Source: Acidobacteriota bacterium (GTDB lineage: Bacteria > Acidobacteriota > Terriglobia > Bryobacterales > Bryobacteraceae). From it: DNA of 64,000 nt. Shown piece by piece: positions 9,045 to 18,090 of the stretch. The notes under the pieces were generated by a model. That model was not told where the DNA came from, made no database searches, and saw only the letters and a program-made list of their open reading frames with translations. Made by a program: the position numbers and the translations under genes. How positions within the stretch are numbered: the first letter of the stretch is position 1; every line of letters begins with the position of its first letter. Where the stretch lies: contig JAYTKJ010000868.1 in assembly GCA_043730365.1 (NCBI GenBank), positions 5,610 to 69,609 on the forward strand, in the 5' to 3' direction.

Positions 9045-10376
9045 ATGCGGACGAGTTGCTTGTTCGTCGCGTTGGCGCCCGCGCTGCTATTGAGTGCTGA
9101 CGGTACCTCCCTGATTGACGCGGCCAAACAAGGCGACGTCGTTACGCTGCGTGCGCTCATCGGCATGAAGGTGGATGTCAATGTCGCCGAAGCCGACGGC
9201 GCCACAGCGCTGCATTGGGCCAGCTACCACGATGACATCGAGAGCCTAACCCTGTTGATGCAAGCGGGCGCGAACGTAAATGTGGCCAATGATCTTGGCG
9301 TCACTCCGCTTTGGAACTCGAGTCTGAATGGCAGCGCGCCGATGGTCCGCAAGCTGCTGGAGGCGCAGGCGAATCCAAACGCGGCGCTGTTGATGGGCGA
9401 AACTCCGTTGATGGTGGCGGCGCGTTCCGGCTACGAGGAAGTTGTCACGATGCTTCTGGCCAAGGGCGCCCAGGCCGACACGCGCGGCCCTCGCGGCCAG
9501 ACGGCGTTGATGTGGGCGGCGGCGCAAAAGCATCCCGACGTGGTGAAAGCGCTGCTCGCCAACGGCGCCGACGTCAAGGCTCGCTCGGAATCGTGGAGCC
9601 AGGTGATGGCCGTGCCTCCCCATGGCCACGCCGACTACAATCGCGCCATTCCCCATGGCGCCAATACTGCCTTGCTGTTTGCCGCTCGCGCGGGCGATCT
9701 TACGTCTGCCAAGCTGCTGGTGGCTGCCGGCGCCAACGTGAATGACCAGGATGCCTGGGGCGTTACGCCCACGATTCTTGCGGCTCACTCAGGCTTTCGT
9801 GACCTGGTGGAGTTCCTGCTCCAGAAAGATGCCGATCCGAACCTGGCGCCCGCTGGTTTCACCGCCTTGCATGAAGCTATCCTACGCCGCGACGAAGCGA
9901 TGGCGAGCGCGCTGCTCGCCCATGGAGCCAACCCCAACACGCCGCTGCGCACTTGGACTCCCACTCGCCGCTCGTCGCGCGATTTGCATTTCGAACCGGC
10001 CCTGGTGGGGGCGACGCCTTTTTGGCTCGCCGCTCGCTTTACTCAACCTGCCGTGATGCGTCTGTTGGTCAAGCGGGGTGCTGATCCGCTCTTCGTACAT
10101 CGCTGTAGTTATGTCGCAGGCGAGCGATTTCAAAAGCGAACCGAAGCTACCACGGCTCTCATGGCGGCGCTGGGAATGGCTGGCGGCGGATCAGCTTGGG
10201 TCCCGCCGTCAGCGGAAGAACGGGAGCAACTGGCCTTGGAAACCGTGAAACTGGCTGCCGAACTGGGCGTCGATGTTAATGCCGTCAATGCTGACGGCCG
10301 CACCGCGTTGGCCGCCGCCAAGAGCTTACGCTATGAAACAGTGACGAAGTTTCTGCTGGAGAAGGGCGCCCACTAG
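9045..10376 (+). CDS. exported ankyrin-repeat protein
   Basis: Signal peptide MRTSCLFVALAPALLLSADG, then many ankyrin units (G-TALHWA, G-TPLM-AA, LL--GA--N patterns) across 443 aa. Confidence 0.85.
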   Translation: MRTSCLFVALAPALLLSADGTSLIDAAKQGDVVTLRALIGMKVDVNVAEADGATALHWASYHDDIESLTLLMQAGANVNVANDLGVTPLWNSSLNGSAPMVRKLLEAQANPNAALLMGETPLMVAARSGYEEVVTMLLAKGAQADTRGPRGQTALMWAAAQKHPDVVKALLANGADVKARSESWSQVMAVPPHGHADYNRAIPHGANTALLFAARAGDLTSAKLLVAAGANVNDQDAWGVTPTILAAHSGFRDLVEFLLQKDADPNLAPAGFTALHEAILRRDEAMASALLAHGANPNTPLRTWTPTRRSSRDLHFEPALVGATPFWLAARFTQPAVMRLLVKRGADPLFVHRCSYVAGERFQKRTEATTALMAALGMAGGGSAWVPPSAEEREQLALETVKLAAELGVDVNAVNADGRTALAAAKSLRYETVTKFLLEKGAH

Positions 10377-11445
10377 TCCAACCGCTTCGTCTCGATCGAT
10401 CCTTTTGACTCCCAGGCCCCTACTGTCACGCCATCCTCAAGAGCGATGAGATGCGCAAAGCCGCCCGTGGCGCCAATCACTCGCGGCTCGGCAGTGGCGG
10501 GTGTTCTCACTTGAATCGCTCCGTCCTTCGTCCACGCTAAATACCAACCACCCTTGCCCCGTGCAATTGCGACGTCTTTCCCGGTGCCGATCACCTGCTC
10601 GGCGCGGCCGGGTTCGTCTAAGACGATTTCGCCATCGCGCCGCCACGCCGACGTGACTTGTCCGCCCGGCCCCACGACAAAACCGCCACCATCCATCGGG
10701 CAAGCGTTGATCTTCCAGGTGCCCGTCCCCAGTTTTCGCGCCCCTTCAAAGTGAACGCCATCCGCCGACTTGATCAAGTGGAGATCGCGCGACCCGTCCA
10801 GAACATTTCGCCACATTACGTATATGCCGCCCTTCTCGTCTATCGAAAGCGCCGGATGGCAACATTGGCAGATGGCTCCGTCGGGTGAAGCATAGATGGA
10901 GACGTTCTTTGACCACGTGACGCCGCCGTCGCTCGAATGTGCGCCGAAAAGTTGAGTGCCTTTGGCGCGCAGATCCAACCAGACTGCGAACAGCTTGCCG
11001 TCCGGCCTGGCTGCGATCGCGTGCAATCCCTCGCGTGCCGCGCCGGGAACGTCGTTGATCACGCCGCTGTGCGCCCACGTGGCTCCTTTGTCGGTGGAGC
11101 GCCAGACCATGAGATTGCCGCTCTTCGGAAGTCCGTGTGCATGGGGGCCGGTGGCCTGCTTTTCGCCGGCGATGGCACCGATGAGCATCGCGTCCTTGAG
11201 AATGACCAGGCGAGGCCCGCGATGCCGTCCGAGCGCCAATGCGCCGGTCTCGGCCACCTTCATCGGGGCACGAAGGAGCGGCCCTGATCCTGCGAGGAGG
11301 CAAAGAAAAGCGAAGCTCCCGCGCCAAACGTCATCGCCACTTGCCCATGCGCCGCGGCCAGCTGCGGCTGCCGAAACGGCACCGCTTCGGACTGCGGCGC
11401 GATGGTCTCAGCAGCGGCCAACAGAACCAGAACTGGGGTCAGCAT
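10373..11445 (-). pseudogene. BNR/Asp-box repeat (sialidase-like) exported protein, split by an apparent 1-nt deletion near 11262-11268
   Basis: The ATG at 11445 has an AAGGAG ribosome-binding site 8 nt upstream. The first 62 codons carry a signal peptide and the first Asp-box (SQDQGRSF) and end in TGA at 11260-11262. The remaining 296 codons, with STDKGATW and SSDGGVTW, continue in the -1 frame from 11263. The junction sits at a C4 run. Confidence 0.6.
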
Positions 11446-11455
11446 AAGTAACTCC

Positions 11456-14269
11456 TTAAAACCTGAATCGCAACGCGAGCTGCAAAGATCGCGGGTCATT
11501 GACGGCGGTAACTTGTCCAAACGATGCCAGCGGCGTTCCAGGATGCGCGCCTGCGCCAAACACGCCATTCTTGGTTAGATTATTGCGATGATTCAACACA
11601 TTGAAGGCCTCGGCCATCGCTTCCATCGTCAGGCGCTCGCGCAGCGTGAACAGCCGGCTGGCCCGCAAGTTCACACCAAAGAAGTCAGACCCCGATCCAG
11701 CGTTGCGCTCGATAAACGACCCATTCACCAAAGGCCTCCCGGTTGTCCCTTGTACGGTGGTGGCGCCGGTGGTCAGATTCAGGGGCAGCGACGAATAGTA
11801 CTGCAACATGCCACTCAACTGAAAGCCATGGCTCAGTTTCTGCCAGGCGTTCCTGCCAGCCCCCATTGGTGAATTCAGCGCTCCGTTGAAGACCACGCGA
11901 TGCCGTTGATCGTCGTCCGAACGGCCGTAGTCCTGCCAGATATTGTAAGGATTGATCGGCGAGCTGAAGAAGAATTCGCCGACATTGTTCAACGACTTCG
12001 AGAGCGCACAAGAGATCCGGTAGCTACCCCAGCTCACCGGGCGCTGCTGATAGGAAACATGCAGGCCGTTGTAGCGCGAGTCCGCCTGAGACCGGTACTG
12101 GCTGTTGTTGGCATAATTCGAATTGGGCCGGCAGCCGTTGTTGGTTCCGGCAGCCACGCAAGCAGGCACGTTCTGATTGATGGATGCAATCAGATGAATA
12201 CCGCGCAAGTGTTGATAGCCCACGCTAAGCGTGCCTCGATTACCGATCTGCTGCTCCACTTCGATGTTGCCTTGCTTTGAGTAGGCGTTCTCCATCCGCG
12301 GGTCCATCGTGGTGAAGTTGACTAACACACCGGCGGGCAAGCTGGTGAGCACATTCGGAAACGCCGGTGCGCCGGTTTGCGCCGGCGACAAGTTGATGCT
12401 GACTTGGCTGGCGCTGGTGAGAGACGTCGTGTTGCCGCTCGACAGCAACGCATTGGCCAGCGCGCGCAGGGGCACCCGGTCATAAAACAATCCAAAGCCA
12501 CCGCGCACCACCGTGCGCCGGGAAGCAAATGGCGTCCAGGCGAACCCGGCGCGCGGCGAAACATTGTTGGTGTCGGTGGAGATTGTATCCAGAAACTGCA
12601 GATCGTAGCGAAGCCCGGCGTTCAGCGTCAACGAAGGCCGCACTTTCCATTCGTCCTGCACATAGAAACCAACGTTCGGATTGGTTTGCGGCACAACGGT
12701 GTTGCCGAAAGTTTGTGTGTAGCCCACGTTGTTGTAGATTCCCTGCCGAAAATTGGCGAGCGAGGAAAAAGCATAGGCGCCGCGCACTGAGCGAGGAAAG
12801 GTGATCGTGGTGTCGTTGTAGAGAAAGTTGAAGCCCAACCGGACGGCATGTGCTCCCGTCTGATGGGATAGGTTGTTCACGATCTCGTAGAGCTTGTTCA
12901 AGCGGCCGGTGGGCGAGCCAGACAGGCGGCCAAACGAGGCCACGCCCGCGATGCTGACGGAGGGCCCCGCCGTATCGCTGGGCAACGCCAGCAAGTCGCT
13001 ATACGTGAATTGACCGCGTGTCTCGTTCACGGTATGCGGGGACAGCGTCAGGATGTTGCTGGCCGCGATGGTATGGTCCGCGTTGTCCAACCCAGCCGAA
13101 GCGCTGGCGTCACTGAGCGCGCCCGCGCCGCGCGAGTTGCGGCTGGCCCCCGAGTAGAGGCTATAGCGCGCCGAGAACTGATCGCGCGCGCTGAACGAAT
13201 GATCGAGCTTCGCCAGTACGTTGGTCAGGTGGACCGGATTGGAATAGATGCCCGTCCCGATGCGAGCCCCTTTGAAACCGACGGCGTCGAGTTGAGAATT
13301 CACGGCGGCCACATTGCCCGGCGTGATCGTGATGAGACCGCTTTGGTTCAAAAGGCGCTGCTCAAAATTCCCGAAATAGAAGGTGCGGTCCCGAACGGCT
13401 GGTCCACCCACGCTGGCGCCATACTGCGACTGGGTCACAGGGAGCTTGGCATTCGAGAGCGGATTGGCCGCGTTGAATCGCTGGTTGCGAAGGTATCCGT
13501 ACAGATCGCCATGCAGGGTGTTGGTGCCGCTCTTGGTTACGATGTTGATGAAGCCGCCCAGCGCCCGCCCCAACTCGGCCTGCCCGCCGGACGTCACCAC
13601 CTGGAATTCGTGAACCGTGTCGAGCCCGTAGAACACTCCGCTCAGTCCCGCTGCGTCGTCGTTAGCTGAGAGCCCATCGACGATGAAGCTGTTGGAGAGG
13701 TTGCGCTGGCTGCCCACCGAAATGCCCTGTCCGGGCACAGCCGATGACTCGGCAAAGAGTTGATTACTACCGGTGTTGGTGGGCGAGACGCCGGGAATCA
13801 GCAGCGCCAAGTCCAGAAAATTACGCCCATTCAAGGGAATGTTGCGCACTTCGGTCTGCTGAACGGTGCCGGCAATTTGACTCCGCGCCGCCTCCAATAC
13901 TGTCGCTTCACTTGATACCGTCACGGAGGTTTCGGCTGTGTCAACTGCCAGCGTGAAGGCGACGTCGTAGGCTCCGCCTAGACTCGCCGTAAGCGAGCGG
14001 GCGGCCTCGGCAAAGCCGGGCTGACGCACTGTCACCTGATAGGGTCCAACTTTCAAATACGGAAATCTAAACCGGCCTTCCCGGTCGGTGGCGCCGCTGC
14101 TCGCCAGGTTCGTGTCGGTTTGACGCGCGGTGACAATGGCCGCTTCGACTACGCCGCCAGACGGATCGGTAACCCGGCCGCTGATACTGGCATGATGAAT
14201 GGTCTCTTGCGCGCAAACAGCCGCAACGGCGCCGAGGATGGCGCAGGGAATCGCGAAGGCACGAAGCAT
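11456..14269 (-). CDS. TonB-dependent receptor with N-terminal CarboxypepD_reg domain
   Basis: Signal peptide, ISGRVTDPSGGVVEAAIVTA...GRFRFPYLKVGPYQVTV (carboxypeptidase-regulatory-like fold), a plug region (IPLNGRNFLDLALLIPGV), a long barrel and a C-terminal LQLALRFRF. The ATG at 14269 follows a GGAGAG ribosome-binding site. Confidence 0.9.
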   Translation of the reverse strand: MLRAFAIPCAILGAVAAVCAQETIHHASISGRVTDPSGGVVEAAIVTARQTDTNLASSGATDREGRFRFPYLKVGPYQVTVRQPGFAEAARSLTASLGGAYDVAFTLAVDTAETSVTVSSEATVLEAARSQIAGTVQQTEVRNIPLNGRNFLDLALLIPGVSPTNTGSNQLFAESSAVPGQGISVGSQRNLSNSFIVDGLSANDDAAGLSGVFYGLDTVHEFQVVTSGGQAELGRALGGFINIVTKSGTNTLHGDLYGYLRNQRFNAANPLSNAKLPVTQSQYGASVGGPAVRDRTFYFGNFEQRLLNQSGLITITPGNVAAVNSQLDAVGFKGARIGTGIYSNPVHLTNVLAKLDHSFSARDQFSARYSLYSGASRNSRGAGALSDASASAGLDNADHTIAASNILTLSPHTVNETRGQFTYSDLLALPSDTAGPSVSIAGVASFGRLSGSPTGRLNKLYEIVNNLSHQTGAHAVRLGFNFLYNDTTITFPRSVRGAYAFSSLANFRQGIYNNVGYTQTFGNTVVPQTNPNVGFYVQDEWKVRPSLTLNAGLRYDLQFLDTISTDTNNVSPRAGFAWTPFASRRTVVRGGFGLFYDRVPLRALANALLSSGNTTSLTSASQVSINLSPAQTGAPAFPNVLTSLPAGVLVNFTTMDPRMENAYSKQGNIEVEQQIGNRGTLSVGYQHLRGIHLIASINQNVPACVAAGTNNGCRPNSNYANNSQYRSQADSRYNGLHVSYQQRPVSWGSYRISCALSKSLNNVGEFFFSSPINPYNIWQDYGRSDDDQRHRVVFNGALNSPMGAGRNAWQKLSHGFQLSGMLQYYSSLPLNLTTGATTVQGTTGRPLVNGSFIERNAGSGSDFFGVNLRASRLFTLRERLTMEAMAEAFNVLNHRNNLTKNGVFGAGAHPGTPLASFGQVTAVNDPRSLQLALRFRF

Positions 14270-14334
14270 GTAGTTCTCTCCCAATCAATCTCCGCGAACA
14301 TCACCGGTCGCGGACGCAAAACTTAAAGCTGTTT

Positions 14335-14709
14335 TTAGGAGAGGAGAGAAGGTGGTCCGCGCTTTTGGCAGGAGCGCGCGTACGAGATTCGGTAACGCGC
14401 CTCACTCTGTTCCAGAGCGGAGGCAAAACCAAGAACCGGAGAACTCGAAACCGTAGCAGGTAACCCCGCGGACAAGATGGCGGCGACAGGCACCGACTTC
14501 CCCGCGGGGTACAGAGGACATTTGGACTTGGCGGCGTGGACTTCCATTGAAGACCCTTTTGCGCCCGCCATGCCCTTCATCGAGCAGTGATGTTTTCCAT
14601 CGCGGCGGCAGCACGATGGAAGTTTAGACTCCGTTTGCCCAGCCAAGAGCGGCGCGATCAGCGAGAAGCTGACCGCGAACGACATGAGGATGGCCTGGAC
14701 CCGCCGCAA
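14335..14709 (-). CDS. small exported Cys/His-rich hypothetical protein
   Basis: 124-aa ORF with a signal peptide (ILMSFAVSFSLIAPLLAG) followed by LPSCCRRDGKHHCSM. It sits between the protease and TonB receptor genes on the same strand. The start (TTG 14709 or ATG 14685) is uncertain and I recognise no family. Confidence 0.45.
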   Translation of the reverse strand: MRRVQAILMSFAVSFSLIAPLLAGQTESKLPSCCRRDGKHHCSMKGMAGAKGSSMEVHAAKSKCPLYPAGKSVPVAAILSAGLPATVSSSPVLGFASALEQSEARYRISYARSCQKRGPPSLLS

Positions 14710-14723
14710 GATTTAAGTGTACT

Positions 14724-16070
14724 TCAGTTGGCGTTCACCGTGAAAGTGCGGACCGCGCTCAGCGCTCCCGTCGCACTGTTGCGAAGTGCCAGCGTATAGG
14801 CGCCTGCGGGCAGCGTGTTGATAAACACGACGTCGGTGGTGGACGCACCGTAGGGTAGCGCCACGCATCCAGCCGTGCCGCAAGGCCCGCCGGTGAAGAA
14901 TCCCTGCACTTTGGCGGGATCGATGTTTGAGCCTTGTGCCAGAATGACCAGCGGCTTGGTGGCCACCGCGCGGGTTGTCACCAGCGAGAAGTAGGTCAGC
15001 ACTGGGGCCGTGGGAACGGCTGGGGGCGGCGGAGTGGCGGGCGGTGGCGTGACGCTGGTGGCCGAGCCATAGAGCGTGGCCACGCCTGCCTTGTCGCCCG
15101 CCTCCAGGCTCCGCTTCTTCGTTTCGCCCGATCCTGCCGAGGCCCACATCGTCTCTTCCGAGCATGCCGTGTCGGCTGGGTGATTGAGGCCCAGCGCGTG
15201 ACCCAGTTCGTGCGTCGCGATCGCCTGCACGTCAAACTTGCCCGCCTCGCCGGTGGTGGTCCACGTGAAGCGGTTGTTGAACGTCATCGAGAATCTCACC
15301 ATCTGTTTGGTGGCTACCGAATATTCTGAGCGAGTCGACGCCAACGTGCTCCCTGCACCCAGGTCTCCCAGCGAGATGATGTGCGGGCTGCTCGGGCCCG
15401 CTCTAAAGGCGAACTTCGATCCTGCGCCAGTCCAGCTCTGCGCGGCTGCCTGAAGCACAGAGCCCCAAGCGGCAGGCAGGTTCGGGCCGGCCAAATAGGT
15501 GGTGGCGGGCTCTGCCCATTTGACTCCCGTATAGGCTGAGCAGGACACAGCTCCGAGATCGATGACACCGCCCCGGTCGCGCGTGCCAGTCTCCACAGTG
15601 CGCAAGAACTCACGTGCCCGGTCCATCTCTTTTTCTGAGATCGCCTCGCCGGCGTCGCCCCGGGACTGTTGGATCCGATAGACAATGTCCCGTCCACGCG
15701 CTGGTTCGAGCCGATATTTTTCCAGCGGCCGATCAGCGGTGCCAAACACGACCACATCCTCGTCGTTCTCAAATCGAGGGACGTCCGAGAACGTAACCAC
15801 CCGGTCTCCGACTGTTCCTCCCTTCACAGTAAAACGAAGGTCTGTACGTCCCGTCTCTTCGCTGTCCTTTAGTACTGACTCGGTCCTGATGGCGACGTCG
15901 GTATATATTTCGCCGTCCGCGCCGACGTGGCTATCGGCTGCGGCAACTCGCCCCACCACGATCAGCGGCGACTCCTGCGTCAGTTCGGCTAGCGTCTTGG
16001 ATTGTCCTGCCATCAGCGTGCCGGCGGCAGAAAGCACAAATGACAAAGTGCGGATCTGAAAACGATGCAT
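14724..16070 (-). CDS. secreted matrixin-like (M10) zinc metalloprotease with Pro-rich linker and C-terminal Ig/IPT-like domain
   Basis: HELGHALGLNHP zincin/metzincin motif. Signal peptide after the ATG at 16070, which has an AGGAG just upstream. PPPATPPPPAVP linker and a beta-rich C-terminal domain. Confidence 0.8.
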   Translation of the reverse strand: MHRFQIRTLSFVLSAAGTLMAGQSKTLAELTQESPLIVVGRVAAADSHVGADGEIYTDVAIRTESVLKDSEETGRTDLRFTVKGGTVGDRVVTFSDVPRFENDEDVVVFGTADRPLEKYRLEPARGRDIVYRIQQSRGDAGEAISEKEMDRAREFLRTVETGTRDRGGVIDLGAVSCSAYTGVKWAEPATTYLAGPNLPAAWGSVLQAAAQSWTGAGSKFAFRAGPSSPHIISLGDLGAGSTLASTRSEYSVATKQMVRFSMTFNNRFTWTTTGEAGKFDVQAIATHELGHALGLNHPADTACSEETMWASAGSGETKKRSLEAGDKAGVATLYGSATSVTPPPATPPPPAVPTAPVLTYFSLVTTRAVATKPLVILAQGSNIDPAKVQGFFTGGPCGTAGCVALPYGASTTDVVFINTLPAGAYTLALRNSATGALSAVRTFTVNAN

Positions 16071-16244
16071 GCATCTCCTATAGAAATTTAGAATGGGGCC
16101 CAGGGCCGGTGATTCTGTGCTTATCGTCACGGTGCAGCGTTCTTGAGTCAATCTTGGGGGCTCAGTGCGACTCGCCAAAGTACTAGGGATTATTCCTCTG
16201 GCGCAGGCCGCATTTTCGTACTAGAGTAATGACAGAGGACTGGA

Positions 16245-18074
16245 TTGGGTGTGACGAAGCGTATCGTTATTTGTTCATTCTCAGTGTGTCTGGCGGTCTC
16301 GGCTGAAGTTCATTGCCCGGCCTATCCTTCCGAAAAGCGCGAAGCGCAACTGTCCGCGTTCCAAATGGAGCGCGCTGGCGTGGCCGCCATGTCGGCCGCT
16401 GCCAAAGCCGCGAGCGTCGAACGTACGGCGGCGGCGCGCAACAATTTTATAGACGACTACATCTTCAACCAGATGGACGCCGCGCGCATTCAGCCCGCTG
16501 CTCTGTCCGGAGACACGATGTTTCTGCGCCGTGTTTACCTGGACGTCACCGGCCGCTTGCCTCAGCCGGAAGCGATGCGCGAATTCCTCGGTGACACCCG
16601 TGCCAATAAACGCGCGCTCGCCATCGATAAGCTGGTGAATTCGCCAGACTACACAGACTACTGGACCTACTACTTCGGCAACAAGTTCCAGATCACCAGC
16701 GCCTACTACAACCTGATTGGTATTCCCGGCCGCAACCTCTTCTACAATTTCCTGCGCGATGCGGTGCAGAGTGATCGCCCGTACTACGAAGTGGTGAATG
16801 AGATGATCACTGCCACGGGCGATTCCTTTGAGAAGGCGCCTGCCAACTTCGTGCTGCGCTCGATCCAAATGGGCGATCCCGTCCAGGACACCTGGGACAC
16901 GTTGACGGCCGACATCACGCAGAAATTCTTGGGCGTGCAGACGCTCTGTGTTTCCTGTCACGATGGCCGCGGGCACCTGGAGCAGATCAACCTGCATCTG
17001 ACCGGCATCAAACGCCGCCAGTTCTACCAGCAGTCGGCCTTCTTATCCCGCTTGGCGATGGCGCAGTTGCCGGTCGACGTCTTCGATCAGACGCGCCGCA
17101 CTTTGGTTTTTGATAAAGACCATGGCATCTACGACGGCTCGGTGAGCTCAGGCAATCCCGGCCAGCGCCCGCCGCGCACCGGCAACTGGGAGCCTGCCTA
17201 TATGTTCTCCGGCGAAACGCCGAGGAGCGGCGAGTGGCGCAGGGAATTGAGCCGCATGATCATTGAAGATCGTCAGTTTGCTCGTGCCACGGTCAACTAT
17301 CTGTGGGCCCACTTCTTCCGGCAGGGTATCGTGGATCCACCCGATGCTTGGGACTTGGCGCGTATCGACCCCAAGAATCCGCCTAAAGCCCCCTGGACGA
17401 TGCAGGCCAGCCATCCGGAGTTGCTCGAAGCATTGACCGACGAATTCATCACCAGTCGATACTCCATCAAGCGTATGGTGCGGCTCATGACCGTATCGAA
17501 TGCGTATCAGTTGTCCAGCCGCTACGAAGGCACTTGGCGGCCTGAGTACGCCAGGTTTTTTGCCCGCAACACGCCGCGCCGGTTGACCGCCGAAGAAGCG
17601 TGGGATGCCCTCACTGCCTCCACGCAATCAGAAGTGCCGATGTTCGTCGAAGGCTTCGCCGCTCCACTGACGCGCGCGGTGCAACTGCCTGACGCGACCG
17701 AGCCTAGGCAGGATTCGCGCATCCGCACTTTTCTGAATAACTTCGGCCGTGGCGACTGGTGGCGAGTGCCTCGGGATCCGGGTTCAAGCATGGTGCAGGT
17801 TCTCTATTTCATGAACGATGCGACCATCAACGCGCGGACCTTTGGCGCCAGGCTGGGCGGCGGCAACGCGCAGACTCGCGTCGCCCGGCTAGCGGCCTCC
17901 GATCTGGCCGAAGACCTGTGCATTGATGAGTTGTTCATGGCCACCGTCGGCCGCGAGCCAACGGGGGAAGAATATGCGGCGGCCAAACGCACGTCGTCGC
18001 AAACGCGCGAAGACTGGCTGGCTGACCTCCAGTGGGCCTTGCTCAATAAGGTTGAGTTCCTGTTCGTGAATTAG
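16245..18074 (+). CDS. DUF1549/DUF1553 (PSCyt2/PSD1) domain protein
   Basis: FIDDYIF...LRRVYLDVTGRLPQPEAMREFL (DUF1549-type), internal CVSCHDGRGH, C-terminal ...LLNKVEFLFVN (DUF1553-type ending). A DUF1501 gene follows. The start may instead be the GTG at 16251. Confidence 0.8.
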   Translation: MGVTKRIVICSFSVCLAVSAEVHCPAYPSEKREAQLSAFQMERAGVAAMSAAAKAASVERTAAARNNFIDDYIFNQMDAARIQPAALSGDTMFLRRVYLDVTGRLPQPEAMREFLGDTRANKRALAIDKLVNSPDYTDYWTYYFGNKFQITSAYYNLIGIPGRNLFYNFLRDAVQSDRPYYEVVNEMITATGDSFEKAPANFVLRSIQMGDPVQDTWDTLTADITQKFLGVQTLCVSCHDGRGHLEQINLHLTGIKRRQFYQQSAFLSRLAMAQLPVDVFDQTRRTLVFDKDHGIYDGSVSSGNPGQRPPRTGNWEPAYMFSGETPRSGEWRRELSRMIIEDRQFARATVNYLWAHFFRQGIVDPPDAWDLARIDPKNPPKAPWTMQASHPELLEALTDEFITSRYSIKRMVRLMTVSNAYQLSSRYEGTWRPEYARFFARNTPRRLTAEEAWDALTASTQSEVPMFVEGFAAPLTRAVQLPDATEPRQDSRIRTFLNNFGRGDWWRVPRDPGSSMVQVLYFMNDATINARTFGARLGGGNAQTRVARLAASDLAEDLCIDELFMATVGREPTGEEYAAAKRTSSQTREDWLADLQWALLNKVEFLFVN

Positions 18075-18090
18075 AGGAGATCAGAACGCC

